Source of the DNA: an uncultured Pseudomonadota bacterium
Lineage (GTDB): Bacteria; Oederibacteriota; Muellerivitia; Muellerivitales; Muellerivitaceae
Reading direction: 5' to 3'
NCBI GenBank assembly: GCA_963836235.1
Contig: CAWIIP010000002.1
Span: 1,408,001 to 1,472,000, forward strand
Length of the DNA stretch: 64,000 nucleotides
This document shows, in pieces, positions 41,646-51,810 of the stretch. Numbering within the stretch: the first letter of the stretch is position 1; every line of letters starts with the position of its first letter. Both the position numbers and the translations under genes were made by a program. Below the pieces are notes generated by a model. The model worked only from the letters and a program-made list of their open reading frames with translations, did no database searches and was not told the DNA's origin.

Positions 41646-43670
41646 TTAGAATGAAATCTTCGTCCCTCCATAGGCTGACAATCCTGGAGCACTATAACCA
41701 TATGTCTCTTCGTACCATTGATTGAAAAGGTTATCGACCCGCGCGAACAGCCGGACCTGGGAATTCACCTGATAGGATGCCCTCAATTTCACCAGGAAAT
41801 AGCTGGGCAAAATCAGCGAATTACCCGAAAAATCCGTGTCAAAACTAGTTCCAGTATAAGTGAGGGAAGCCCCCACTCCCAAGGCACCCCATTGATAATC
41901 CATATCGCCGCCAGCCCTGTTTTGAGGACGCCGCACGAGGGGCGTATTGGTGATCAAGTTTTGCGCGTAGGTATAGGTATAGCTGCCTCTCATATTCAAG
42001 TTTTGGATCCCTTTAAATTCCACGAAACTCTCCACGCCATAAGTCCGGGCTTGACCGATATTCGCCGCGATGAAAGTCGCCGGATCATAGGTAATGAGGT
42101 TCGTCAGGTCGTTGTCGAAATAGTCGGCCCCAACCTGAAGAAAATCCTTCCCACCAATGGGCTGCTCAAGCCCGAAGTCATAACCCAGGCTGGTTTCGGG
42201 TTGAAGATTCGGATTCCCATAGGAGGGGTCATAAAGCTGGTACAAAGAGGGGGCTAAAAAGCCCGTTCCATAATTGGCCTTGAGCTTGGTTTCCAAACCC
42301 GGAACGAAATAGGCCAACCCAGCCTGGTAAGTCGTGTGAACGCCGAATTGACTGCTCTTTTCCCATCGGCCACCCAAATTGAAAAACAACTGGTCGTTAA
42401 TGGAAGTTTGGCTCTCGACAAAACCTGAACCGGTTTGAACGTTCGTCACCGGGATCGCGTCCGGCGGATAAGGCCCTAAGTCACTGTACCCGCTCGTATA
42501 GTTCTCATAGGCCCATTGTTCCTGTCCTTGTATTCCTAGAATCAGGGTTTCTTCCTTAGCCACGCGGAGGGTGTTCTGCCAATTGACCTGGGCGGTCTGG
42601 CCGTCGTAATTTCCATTGGCGTAATAAGTGTTATAAGAATTTGCCGTAGCCGTATAAATCCGGTTGTCATCGGAGAAGGAAACATTTAATTGTTGGTTCC
42701 AGGTTCCATCCAAAAGTTTCCAGTCCGCGTGACTGTCCACCAGAAATTGTTTCTGAAGGGCGAAGTCATCCGGATCATCCCCCAAAACATAGCTGCTGTT
42801 GTAAGCGTCCACACTGGTATTGGACTGGCTGTAATGGATAAAAACCTTTTCCTCAAGGTTAGAGGACAGATTCGAGCCCAAGCGAAGGGACGCGGTGTTG
42901 TTATCGTCCCCATTGTTGACCGACCCCGCGTTGGCGCTTTCCAAAGCCGCGTCAGAGGCATCCAATCCCCTGACATTCAAAACCGGGAAACCCGCGGTGT
43001 TGAAATGCGACGCGTCAAAATTGAAATACCCGCCTTTATCGCCACCCTGGGCCGCAACCGCTTCATGGGAAGTTCCATAGGAACCGCCTTCCACGAGGAC
43101 GGAGCCGCCCAAGGGGACGGGGCCGCCTTGCGGGATGATGTTGATGACCCCTCCGATGGCGTTGGAACCCCAAAGGGTGCTCTGGGGCCCCCGTACCACC
43201 TCGATTTGTTTCACGCCATCCAGGGAAAGGCCATCCAAATACTCATAATCAAAAGGAGTTCCGACCGGGTCATTGAGCGGAATGCCATCCAAGAGGACCA
43301 GTGTATTTTCGGAATTATTGCCGCGGATATAAACCGCGGATATTTGACCTGGCTGGCCGCTCTGGACAACACCCAATCCCGGGACGCCTTGAAGCGTTTC
43401 CATTACCGTGCCCGCTTGTTTTTGCTCAATGTCCTTGGCCGTAATCACGGTCGTGGAATCGGTCACCTGTGAAACTGGGGTGTCCAAACGATTAGCCGTA
43501 ATTACGACTTCCGGGAGCGCGAGGGAAGACTGGGCCGGAGGGGTATTGGTGGAGGCTTCAACTGTGGGGGTATTTCCGGCCGGTTCGACAACCGACGGAT
43601 CAGCCCAAAGAAAAGAGGGTACGGCGGACGAAACAACCCAAAGACAAACACAACAAAAACCTTTATTCAT
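41646..43670 (-). CDS. btuB: TonB-dependent cobalamin receptor
   Basis: EVVITANR TonB box, IEVVRGPQSTLWGSNAIGGVINI plug, C-terminal F; directly downstream of a cobalamin riboswitch. Confidence 0.88.
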   Translation of the reverse strand: MNKGFCCVCLWVVSSAVPSFLWADPSVVEPAGNTPTVEASTNTPPAQSSLALPEVVITANRLDTPVSQVTDSTTVITAKDIEQKQAGTVMETLQGVPGLGVVQSGQPGQISAVYIRGNNSENTLVLLDGIPLNDPVGTPFDYEYLDGLSLDGVKQIEVVRGPQSTLWGSNAIGGVINIIPQGGPVPLGGSVLVEGGSYGTSHEAVAAQGGDKGGYFNFDASHFNTAGFPVLNVRGLDASDAALESANAGSVNNGDDNNTASLRLGSNLSSNLEEKVFIHYSQSNTSVDAYNSSYVLGDDPDDFALQKQFLVDSHADWKLLDGTWNQQLNVSFSDDNRIYTATANSYNTYYANGNYDGQTAQVNWQNTLRVAKEETLILGIQGQEQWAYENYTSGYSDLGPYPPDAIPVTNVQTGSGFVESQTSINDQLFFNLGGRWEKSSQFGVHTTYQAGLAYFVPGLETKLKANYGTGFLAPSLYQLYDPSYGNPNLQPETSLGYDFGLEQPIGGKDFLQVGADYFDNDLTNLITYDPATFIAANIGQARTYGVESFVEFKGIQNLNMRGSYTYTYAQNLITNTPLVRRPQNRAGGDMDYQWGALGVGASLTYTGTSFDTDFSGNSLILPSYFLVKLRASYQVNSQVRLFARVDNLFNQWYEETYGYSAPGLSAYGGTKISF

Positions 43671-43774
43671 GGCCCACTCCCCGAGGCCGAAGGCTCAAAC
43701 GGGGGAGCGGCAGAGGGACTTCCGATGGAAGGACTCTCCGCTTCTTATTCCCGAAGAAGCATTCGAAGATTTCT

Positions 43775-43915
43775 CAAGGCCGGTCTCCTGACTTGGGGCT
43801 TTCTGCTCCTTGAGCCTTCCCGTTCTTTCAAACAGTGGCACAAGAAAAAATTTCGCCCCTTACAGTGGCGGGTCCGCGCCGGATTCACACCGGCTTCCCG
43901 AACACCTTGAGTTGT
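43775..43915 (-). ncRNA. Cobalamin riboswitch
   Basis: Minus strand GGGAAGCCGGTGTGAATCCGGC..CCGCCACTGTAA..GCCACTG..GGGAAGG..AGTCAGGAGACC. Confidence 0.93.
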
Positions 43916-43921
43916 AGGTTG

Positions 43922-43950
43922 GTGATACTCCTGCTCACCAAACTTGTCAA
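43922..43950 (-). promoter_or_regulatory. sigma70 promoter driving riboswitch-btuB-bluB
   Basis: TTGACA-N17-TATCAC immediately upstream of the riboswitch. Confidence 0.75.
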
Positions 43951-43960
43951 CGGTGAAGTT

Positions 43961-44110
43961 AGCTGTCATTGCGAGGAATGCTCGCCGAATAGGCGAGCGA
44001 TTATGACGAAGCAACCCCAGTTTAAAAAATTTGGAAAAGTCATATTAAAACCTGGGTTGCTTCGTCGTAATCAATCCGCTATTCGCGGATCACTCCTCGC
44101 AATGACAGCT
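43961..44110. repeat. 150-bp nested palindromic element (GTCATTGCGAG...CTCGCAATGAC type, REP/RPE-like)
   Basis: 17-bp perfect terminal IR AGCTGTCATTGCGAGGA/TCCTCGCAATGACAGCT; inner GACGAAGCAACCC/GGGTTGCTTCGTC; two side hairpins. Confidence 0.85.
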
Positions 44111-44112
44111 TA

Positions 44113-44982
44113 TTATTTTTTTCGAGCGGCCTCGAAAATTTTTGATAGGTACTCCGCAAGGTTGGCCATGGTCGGCCCGGGGATCAGGTAATCCTCGTTG
44201 TCGAAGCAATAGACCTGATGGTTCTTGACCGCCCTTAAACCGGGCATGGCGTCCCAGACAGCCGCTTCCCCGACAATCCCATCGGATTTCAGGTGGGCTT
44301 CCGCCAGCGCGTTCACGATAACCTCCGGGTCCCTCTTGATCAGTTGTTCCTTGGAAACCAAGGGATAGGGTTCTTTCGCGTCAGCGAGGATATTCACGCC
44401 CCCCGCCCAACGGATCAACTCGTCCACGAAATTATTCGGGCCCACTCCGTAGATCTGTTCCAAGGCCCCGGGAGTGCGGTCGATCACGAAAAGCACGGGT
44501 ACGGGCTTGCGCTTCTTCGCCTCGGTTTTTACCTTATCCAACCTTTTAGCCAGCTTGGCTTTAGCAAGCTGTGCTTCCTTTTCGCGCCCCAGTTTACTCC
44601 CGAGAATATCGTAAGCGTCCAAAACATCCTGGACGGTCATGCAGTCCAACACCAAAACCGGAACTTTCAATTCCCTCAAGTTATCCACGGCTTTGCCGTG
44701 GAACTTCAACGCTAGAACCAAATCCGGCTTCAAGGAAAGGATCTTCTCGTAATTGGGATTAATCCATCCGCCTATTCTTGCCTTGGACCGGGCCGCGGGG
44801 GGGAACTTACAAAAATCCGTCACCCCGACCAAAAGGTTCTCCGCACCGATGTCGTAGACGATTTGTGTCAGGTTAGGCGCCATGGAAATGACGCGCTTTG
44901 GAATGGGCATGGAGAGGGGTTGGGCAAAAAGATTTTGACCCGTGAAAAAGAGCGTTAGAAAAAAGGCGGAAAACAATCGCAT
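44113..44982 (-). CDS. btuF: Periplasmic cobalamin-binding protein (BtuF-like)
   Basis: Signal peptide; RVISMAPNLTQIV, VGVTDFCKFP, PNYEKILSLKPDLV, PGP. Confidence 0.8.
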   Translation of the reverse strand: MRLFSAFFLTLFFTGQNLFAQPLSMPIPKRVISMAPNLTQIVYDIGAENLLVGVTDFCKFPPAARSKARIGGWINPNYEKILSLKPDLVLALKFHGKAVDNLRELKVPVLVLDCMTVQDVLDAYDILGSKLGREKEAQLAKAKLAKRLDKVKTEAKKRKPVPVLFVIDRTPGALEQIYGVGPNNFVDELIRWAGGVNILADAKEPYPLVSKEQLIKRDPEVIVNALAEAHLKSDGIVGEAAVWDAMPGLRAVKNHQVYCFDNEDYLIPGPTMANLAEYLSKIFEAARKK

Positions 44983-45035
44983 AATAGGCCTTCGCTTCGT
45001 TTGGATTAACGGGGAGCTAGTGTACAATCGGCTTC

Positions 45036-45236
45036 GTGGCGAATCAAAACAAACCCGAGATCAAAACCTGCGGCCGTTGCGGTAAAACTTTCGACTGTTT
45101 TTCCAAATCGGGGGGATGCTGGTGCGAAAGCCTTCCACCCCTCACTAAGGCCGTCCCGGACTGTGACTGCCTTTGCCCGGACTGCTTGAAGAAAGAAATC
45201 CAAGACCAGCCTTCGGTGAATATAAATCAATCATGA
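45036..45236 (+). CDS. Cysteine-rich CWC family protein
   Basis: CGRCGKTFDC..CWC..CLCPDCL. Confidence 0.8.
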   Translation: MANQNKPEIKTCGRCGKTFDCFSKSGGCWCESLPPLTKAVPDCDCLCPDCLKKEIQDQPSVNINQS

Positions 45237-46156
45237 ATGATCTTCGAATCGCTTCTTTCCTACCCTCGGCGACTGAGATGGTCTGCGCGCTAGGACTAGG
45301 CGACCATTTGGTGGGCATTTCCCACGAATGCGATTATCCGCCCGAAGTGAAGGGAAAGCCGGTCGTTGTAAAGTGCGCCATGGACCTAGTTTCGCTGAAT
45401 CTAAACCAGATTGATAAGGCTGTCAGCGAAAGAGTGGGGCAGGGCGGAAGCGTTTATGCGGTGGACGAGGTCGAAATCCGCAAGGCCGCTCCCAACCTGG
45501 TAATCACCCAGGACCTCTGCCAGGTTTGCGCCCCCTCGGGCAACGAAGCCACCCAAGTATTGAAGTCCCTCGTTTCTAAACCCGAGATACTCTGGCAAAC
45601 ACCCCACTCTTTTGAGGATGTACTGAAAGACATTTTGGCCCTGGGGGAAAGGACCGGCACAAAGGAAAGGGCCGAAAAACTAGTAACCGAGATGCGCCAA
45701 AGGGTCACGAAAGTTTCTTCCGTCACGGCCAAACTTCCCACCGTGAAGGTCTTCTTTCTCGAATGGGTGGACCCGATCTATTGCGGTGGCCACTGGGTGC
45801 CCCAAATGCTTCAATGGGCCGGAGGAGTGGACGGGATTTCCAGGAGTGGTGTGGATTCGGTTCGTATCGCCTGGGAAGAAGTTGTACGTTTCAACCCGGA
45901 AGTGCTGATTGTTTCCCCCTGCGGCTTCAGCACGAAGGACGCCCTGAAACAAGGAGACCTGCTGAAAACCCGCCCCGGCTGGAAAGATATCAAGGCCGTG
46001 CAAGACGACCAGGTCTTCGCCGTGGACGCCAACGCTTATTTCGCCAAACCGGGTCCCCGACTGGTCGAGGGAGTGGAACTGCTGGCCTACTTGATTCATC
46101 CCGAAATCTTCTCTTGGCGAGGCCCCCTTGGCGCCTTTGCCAAGATCAAGATATAG
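45233..46156 (+). CDS. Cobalamin/ABC substrate-binding family protein without a signal peptide
   Basis: RIASFLPSATEMV, VGISHECDYP, ITQDLCQVCA, EWVDP..GHWVP, KPGPRL. Confidence 0.85.
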   Translation: MNDLRIASFLPSATEMVCALGLGDHLVGISHECDYPPEVKGKPVVVKCAMDLVSLNLNQIDKAVSERVGQGGSVYAVDEVEIRKAAPNLVITQDLCQVCAPSGNEATQVLKSLVSKPEILWQTPHSFEDVLKDILALGERTGTKERAEKLVTEMRQRVTKVSSVTAKLPTVKVFFLEWVDPIYCGGHWVPQMLQWAGGVDGISRSGVDSVRIAWEEVVRFNPEVLIVSPCGFSTKDALKQGDLLKTRPGWKDIKAVQDDQVFAVDANAYFAKPGPRLVEGVELLAYLIHPEIFSWRGPLGAFAKIKI

Positions 46157-46166
46157 TGGAATTCTC

Positions 46167-46814
46167 ATGACCCCTCCAACCTTCCAACCCATCCTTTACA
46201 CCGTCGGTCATTCCAATCGCGACCTCAAAGATTTCCTCACGCTTTTAAGGGCCCATTCGATTGGGCGAATCGTGGATGTTCGAACCGTTCCTAAATCTCG
46301 CCGTGTTCCTTGGTTCAATGAGGAAGCTCTGGCCCCAGCGCTCAATCAAGCCCATATCCGCTATGCCCACCTCCCTGAATTGGGAGGCTTAAGGCATCCG
46401 AAGAAAGATTCCACCAACCTGGGCTGGAAAAACGAGAGCTTCCGTGGATTCGCCGACTACATGGAAACACCTGAGTTTGAAAAGGGGTTGGAAAAATTGA
46501 ACTCGATGCTCTCGGATCTCAAGACCGCCATCATGTGCGCGGAGGCCGTGCCCTGGCGCTGTCACCGGTCCCTTATCTCGGACTCGGAAATGTCACTGGG
46601 CATCGCGGTGGAACACTTGATGAGCCCGACTTCCAAGAAACCGCATGAGATGACTTCCTTCGCGTTTGTGGATAAGAAATCCAAGCCGCCAAAGGTAAGC
46701 TATCCCGCCAATGTGGAAGAAAAGGCTCAGCCAGCTCTTCCCGGAATCCCCTTATCGGGGAGAATGCCGCCAACCGCTCCGAAGAAAAACCACGCTAAAA
46801 AACCTCAACCTTGA
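46167..46814 (+). CDS. DUF488 family protein
   Basis: YTVGHSNR, DVRTVPKSRR, ELGGLR, MCAEAVPWRCHRSLI. Confidence 0.9.
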   Translation: MTPPTFQPILYTVGHSNRDLKDFLTLLRAHSIGRIVDVRTVPKSRRVPWFNEEALAPALNQAHIRYAHLPELGGLRHPKKDSTNLGWKNESFRGFADYMETPEFEKGLEKLNSMLSDLKTAIMCAEAVPWRCHRSLISDSEMSLGIAVEHLMSPTSKKPHEMTSFAFVDKKSKPPKVSYPANVEEKAQPALPGIPLSGRMPPTAPKKNHAKKPQP

Positions 46815-47818
46815 AGATAGGCCTTGCGGCGAAATAAGAGCCACAAGAGAACGGGCACTCCCAATAGCGAGGTGAGAACCCCTACTGGTACCTCTGTGGG
46901 GCCGAAGAAAGACCGGGCCACGGTGTCGCAAATCATCAGGAACGCCGCGCCTCCTAAGGTACTGCAAGGCAAAAGGAATCGATGGTCGTTGCCAATCCAA
47001 AGCCTGTAGATATGGGGAATGATGAGCCCGACAAAGGCGATGGGCCCGGTTAAGGCCACTACCGCGCTGGTCATCAGCGACGCCACTAGAATGGAAACCA
47101 AGATCACCCGGGAAGTCGGCACGCCCTTCACCTTCGCCAATTCCTCTCCCGCTGAAATCAAGTTCAATTCCCGGGCTAAGGCGATCAAAACCATAAACCC
47201 CGCCACGATTCCCAGCGAAAGTTTTTCTACCGTCATCAAGTCAATCACGTCGAGGCTCCCGATCATCCAATGGATCATGGCGTAGGCCTGGGTGAAATCC
47301 GCGATGTAATAGGCGAGAAGCACCAAGGCATTGAAGAAATAATTGATGGCTACCCCCGCCAGCAAAAGCGTGATGGCGGAAAAGGATCTGAGCAGGGTGG
47401 CTAGGGAATAGACCAGAAAAAGGGAAAAAAGGGCTCCCAGGAACGAGAAGAGAGTAATCCAGGAAAACCCGTGAACCGCCGTGGTCAAACCCAAAAGGAT
47501 GGCGATAACCGCGCCAAAAGAACTTCCCCCCGCCACACCCAAGGTGAAGGGGCAGGCCAATGGGTTCCGCAGAACCGCCTGGAAAATAATCCCCGCGGAG
47601 GCCATCGCCGCGCCCGCCAGGGCGGCCAGAAGGCACCGTGGAAGACGCACGCTGAAAAAGATTTGGGCATCCGTGTTATCCGGCGCCGGAGGCCAGACAT
47701 GAAAAACTTTTTCGTAAGAAAGAGTCGTGGGCCCCACGAAAGGACAGCCAAATAAAACGAAACCGAAAAAAACAAACGTCAGAAGCAGAACGATATTTTT
47801 TGTTCCGGCTTGGTTCAT
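46805..47818 (-). CDS. btuC: BtuC/FecCD-type ABC permease
   Basis: RLPR, QAVLRNPLACP, GPIAFVGLIIPH, EVPVGV. Confidence 0.85.
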   Translation of the reverse strand: MNQAGTKNIVLLLTFVFFGFVLFGCPFVGPTTLSYEKVFHVWPPAPDNTDAQIFFSVRLPRCLLAALAGAAMASAGIIFQAVLRNPLACPFTLGVAGGSSFGAVIAILLGLTTAVHGFSWITLFSFLGALFSLFLVYSLATLLRSFSAITLLLAGVAINYFFNALVLLAYYIADFTQAYAMIHWMIGSLDVIDLMTVEKLSLGIVAGFMVLIALARELNLISAGEELAKVKGVPTSRVILVSILVASLMTSAVVALTGPIAFVGLIIPHIYRLWIGNDHRFLLPCSTLGGAAFLMICDTVARSFFGPTEVPVGVLTSLLGVPVLLWLLFRRKAYLQG

Positions 47819-48612
47819 GTCTTGACTGCCTTTTTATTTCGCGGGACAAAATAGGACAAGTTTTTCCCATGACTCAACCTATCAACATCCACGTTGAGAA
47901 CCGATTTAATAATTCGAGGCGTTAACACCTTTTGGGGAGGACCATCCGCCATGATCTTTCCACTTTTCATCAACACTAGGCGATCCAGAAAACGCCCCGC
48001 CATATTCATTTCATGGGTGGCAACCACGACCGTAAGACTTTCTTCCCGGTGGAGCTTTTGGATGATTTCAAATAAAAGGATTTGGTGGGAAAGGTCTAAA
48101 GACAAAGTGGGCTCGTCCAAGAGAAGAACCTGTGGGGTCTGGGCTAAAGCGGAGGCCAATAAAACCCGCTGACGTTCCCCGCCGGAGATCTCGTCATAAA
48201 ACCTATCTTTAAATTCTAACGCGTCACAAAGCTTTAAAGCTCTTTCACAAATGGAATGATCTTCACGGTTGAGCGGTTGAAAACGACCCAAATAGGGATG
48301 CCGGCCCATCTCCACAATCTCGATGACGCTCAAGGGATAAGTAAAATGCATGGACTGGGGTACATAGGCGATTTTCTTGGCCCGATCCCTAACCGCGATT
48401 TCCTTCAGCGGTCTTCCCTCAAAAAGAACTCGTCCCGATATCGGGGAAACCAAGCCCACCATCAATTTAAGAAGAGTGGACTTTCCCGCTCCATTGGGGC
48501 CTAGAAGCCCGACCAATTCGCCCTGGTTAATCGAAAGGTCGGTTGGGTGAAACTCGAAGTTGGAGTGGGAAGGGTAACAAAAGGAAAGTTCTTGGATTTC
48601 AAAAAGCGCCAC
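47815..48612 (-). CDS. BtuD/FepC-type ABC ATPase
   Basis: GPNGAGKST, MGRHPY, ISGGERQR, LLDEPT. Confidence 0.88.
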   Translation of the reverse strand: MALFEIQELSFCYPSHSNFEFHPTDLSINQGELVGLLGPNGAGKSTLLKLMVGLVSPISGRVLFEGRPLKEIAVRDRAKKIAYVPQSMHFTYPLSVIEIVEMGRHPYLGRFQPLNREDHSICERALKLCDALEFKDRFYDEISGGERQRVLLASALAQTPQVLLLDEPTLSLDLSHQILLFEIIQKLHREESLTVVVATHEMNMAGRFLDRLVLMKSGKIMADGPPQKVLTPRIIKSVLNVDVDRLSHGKNLSYFVPRNKKAVKT

Positions 48613-48763
48613 GGAAAACCTTTTGTAAAGTTAATTTCAAGGGAGGTCAGTGTAGGCCGCTTTGAAAAGACCGTCAACTTTGGGTGGATTGATTAGCTTC
48701 TCTTGTAATCCCGATCCAGCAAGAATTAAGCTGTCCTTCGCCGGTTCAGAAGAAGGAGCCTGG

Positions 48764-50104
48764 ATGGACGCTTTAACCTTAGCCCGCGCGCAGTTCGGCT
48801 TCACCATCGCTTTCCACTATATTTTCCCTCCCTTAAGCATTGGCTTGGGGCTCATCCTGGTCCTCATGGAAAGCTTTTACTACTTCACCCGAAAAAAGCT
48901 TTATCTGGAAATGGCCCAGTTCTGGACTCGTATCTTCGGTCTCATCTTTGCCATGGGAGTCTCCACCGGAATCGTGATGGAATTTGAGTTTGGGACTAAT
49001 TGGGCCGCTTATTCCCGGTTCGTGGGAGACGTCTTTGGCAGCGCCCTGGCCGCCGAGGGTATCTTTGCCTTCTTCTTGGAATCGGGATTTCTGGCCCTCC
49101 TCCTTTTTGGCTGGGATCGTATCAGCCCCCGAATCCACTTATTCGCCACCAGCATGGTGGCCTTAGGCGCCCATTTCAGCGCGGTTTGGATCGTGGTAGC
49201 CAATTCCTGGCAACAAACGCCTGCCGGTTATCATCTAGTAGGCCAACCAGGCGGGGGAGTCCGGGCTGAAGTAACGAGCTTTTGGGAAGCGGTTTTAAAC
49301 CCTTCCACTTTAAGCCGTATCTGGCATGTTTATATGGGTGCCTGGCAAGCCGGAGCCTTCGCGGTCTTAAGCGTGAGCGCCTATTATCTCTTGAAAAAAA
49401 AGAATGTCGAATTCGCCAAGGCGGGGCTTAAGATCGCGCTTCTCGTGGCGGCGACGGCTTCCCTTCTCCAATTGGTTTCCGGTCATGAGAGCGCCAAAGT
49501 CGTCAGCTCGACTCAGCCGGCTAAGTTGGCCGCCTATGAGGGCCATTATGAAACCGCTCCGGCGGGCCTCTACCTTTTTGGCTGGGTGGATGAAAAGGAA
49601 GGCAAGACCCATGGAGTGGCTCTCCCCGGCTTGTTAAGCTGGTTGGTGACCGGCAAGACCGACACTCCTGTTATCGGTTTAGATTTTTTTCCAAGGGATC
49701 AAAGGCCTCCCGTTAATACCGTGTTCCAGACTTACCACGCCATGGTGGCTATCGGAATGGCCCTCATTGCCATTTCCTGGACGGGGCTTTTCCTCTGGTG
49801 GCGGGGAAAACTTTTTGAGACCCGCTGGTTCCTGGCCCTTCTAGTGGGGTCGGTGCTTTTGCCTCAGGCCGCCAACCAATTGGGATGGTTTTCCGCCGAG
49901 GTGGGCCGCCAACCCTACATCGTCTATAACCTGATGAAAACTTCGGACGCCCTTTCCAAGGTCGTAAAACCCGGTGAAATTTTCTTTTCCATCCTGCTTT
50001 TCGGCTTCATTTATTTTCTTTTGTTCATCCTGTTCATTTATTTACTCAATGACAAAATCCAACACGGGCTTCATATGAAGGTTGAACGAGGACATCGCGC
50101 ATGA
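48764..50104 (+). CDS. cydA: Cytochrome bd oxidase subunit I
   Basis: [41 protein letters not shown]; RBS AAGGAG before the ATG at 48764. Confidence 0.96.
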   Translation: MDALTLARAQFGFTIAFHYIFPPLSIGLGLILVLMESFYYFTRKKLYLEMAQFWTRIFGLIFAMGVSTGIVMEFEFGTNWAAYSRFVGDVFGSALAAEGIFAFFLESGFLALLLFGWDRISPRIHLFATSMVALGAHFSAVWIVVANSWQQTPAGYHLVGQPGGGVRAEVTSFWEAVLNPSTLSRIWHVYMGAWQAGAFAVLSVSAYYLLKKKNVEFAKAGLKIALLVAATASLLQLVSGHESAKVVSSTQPAKLAAYEGHYETAPAGLYLFGWVDEKEGKTHGVALPGLLSWLVTGKTDTPVIGLDFFPRDQRPPVNTVFQTYHAMVAIGMALIAISWTGLFLWWRGKLFETRWFLALLVGSVLLPQAANQLGWFSAEVGRQPYIVYNLMKTSDALSKVVKPGEIFFSILLFGFIYFLLFILFIYLLNDKIQHGLHMKVERGHRA

Positions 50105-51123
50105 ACTTCGGCTGGCAGACCCTTTGGTTCATCCTGGTGGGGCTTCTCTTTTCCGGTTACGCCATTTTGGACGGCTTTGACCTCGGCGTAGGCGCGCTCC
50201 ATCTTTTCGTCAAATCCGATAAGGAACGCCGGACATTCTTGAACGCTATCGGACCTATCTGGGACGGAAACGAAGTCTGGCTCGTTACCGGTGGCGGCGC
50301 GCTTTTCGCCGCCTTCCCGGACGTCTATGCCACCGTCTTCTCCGGCTTCTACTTGGCCTTCATGTTGTTACTCGTCGCGCTCATCTTCCGCGGTGTGGCT
50401 ATCGAGTTCAGGAGCAAGCAACCGATGAAATGGTGGCGGGATTTGTGGGATACGAGCTTTTCCATCAGCAGTATCGCCTCTTCTTTTTTGATCGGTGTGG
50501 CCCTCGGAAATATCGCCTGGGGAGTTCCCCTGACCGCCGATCATGAATACGCGGGGACTTTTCTGTCCCTCTTAAAACCCTATCCACTTTTATTGGGTCT
50601 GACGACCGTCGCCCTATTCATGATGCACGGGTCCATTTATATCGTATTGAAGACCGAGGGGCCCTTACAAAAAAAACTAAAAGGTTGGGTCAAGAACACC
50701 ATGATCTTCTTCATCCTCTGCTACGTCCTCGCCACTATGGCCACCTTGCTTTACGTGCCGCATATGCTTAAGACCCTCCAGCAATATCCCCTTCTGTTCA
50801 TCGTGCCGGTCTTGAGCCTTCTTTCCATCGCCAATATCCCCCGGAACGTCAGTAAAGGCCAAGGCTTGGGGGCTTTTCTTTCCTCCATCGCCGCCCTCCT
50901 CACTCTGATGGCTTTGTTTGGAATTGGAATGTATCCGTCCCTGGTTTATTCCAATCCATTTCCCGAAAACAGCCTCACAATCATGAACGCCGCTTCCTCA
51001 CTGAAGACCCTAAAGATCATGACCTTAATCGCTGCCATTGGAATGCCCTTGGTGTCTTCCTATACCGCCAGCATCTATTGGATTTTCCGCGGCAAGGTGA
51101 AGTTGGATCCGCATAGTTATTGA
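50101..51123 (+). CDS. cydB: Cytochrome bd oxidase subunit II
   Basis: LDGFDLGVG, PIWDGNEVWL, RGVAIEFR, FRGKV. Confidence 0.96.
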   Translation: MNFGWQTLWFILVGLLFSGYAILDGFDLGVGALHLFVKSDKERRTFLNAIGPIWDGNEVWLVTGGGALFAAFPDVYATVFSGFYLAFMLLLVALIFRGVAIEFRSKQPMKWWRDLWDTSFSISSIASSFLIGVALGNIAWGVPLTADHEYAGTFLSLLKPYPLLLGLTTVALFMMHGSIYIVLKTEGPLQKKLKGWVKNTMIFFILCYVLATMATLLYVPHMLKTLQQYPLLFIVPVLSLLSIANIPRNVSKGQGLGAFLSSIAALLTLMALFGIGMYPSLVYSNPFPENSLTIMNAASSLKTLKIMTLIAAIGMPLVSSYTASIYWIFRGKVKLDPHSY

Positions 51124-51457
51124 TTCCTTTTTCCAAGAATTGTTTCGAAAAATTGTCAAGCGTTTCTTCCAATGCCGGAAAAATAATTTTTCACAAAAGA
51201 AGAGCCGAATATATTTTTGTGCGGAAATATTTTTAGAAGACGACAAAAAAGCCCGAAACAAAAAGCTTTTCAGGGAAAAGAATTTCAGCTTCGATGACAA
51301 AATTTTCTTGACTTAAACCAAAAAAGATTTAAAAGAGGTGAAGCAACTTCACTTTTTGAAAATTTTAACCACTCCTAAAAATTTTTTCGTAACCGGAAAT
51401 TGTTCCGATAAACGAAAAAATTTTTTTCGTCTCTGGACAAAATTTCAAAAGCAATTT

Positions 51458-51727
51458 TGTGGATTCATGTGGATATGTTGTGAACGATCTTGAAGTAAGG
51501 CTTAAAAAGGCAGAAAGTAAAAAGACTTTTACCCTAGCGCTTAAACAGCTCTGAAAGAAGCTGTAGCGAATTGGATATCCAGTGGATCTGTTTTCCTAAA
51601 TTTAACAAGGGTTTTACGGAAGACGCTTTTTAAAGTTATCCACAAAACTATGCACAGCTGTGAATAACTTGGCTGCTATCTTCTCTCGATAGAGGCACCA
51701 AAAGGTAGCAAGATTTTCTGGGGATAA
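51458..51727. promoter_or_regulatory. DnaA-box cluster upstream of dnaA (oriC part 1 and/or autoregulation)
   Basis: Perfect TTATCCACA at 51636-51644; one-mismatch boxes TGTGAATAA 51659-51667, TGGGGATAA 51719-51727, TGTGGATAT 51468-51476. Confidence 0.8.
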
Positions 51728-51810
51728 ACAGGGGATAGATTTTAACGAGAGCTTATTTACCCATATTTTAAAGGGTTTTCACGCGTTTCTTATCAATCGG
51801 AGGTTTGTGG

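Noticed and set aside
51025-51420. AT-rich tract and 91-aa minus-strand ORF after cydB
   Set aside because: Low-complexity Lys/Phe-rich translation overlapping cydB; most simply origin-flanking non-coding DNA
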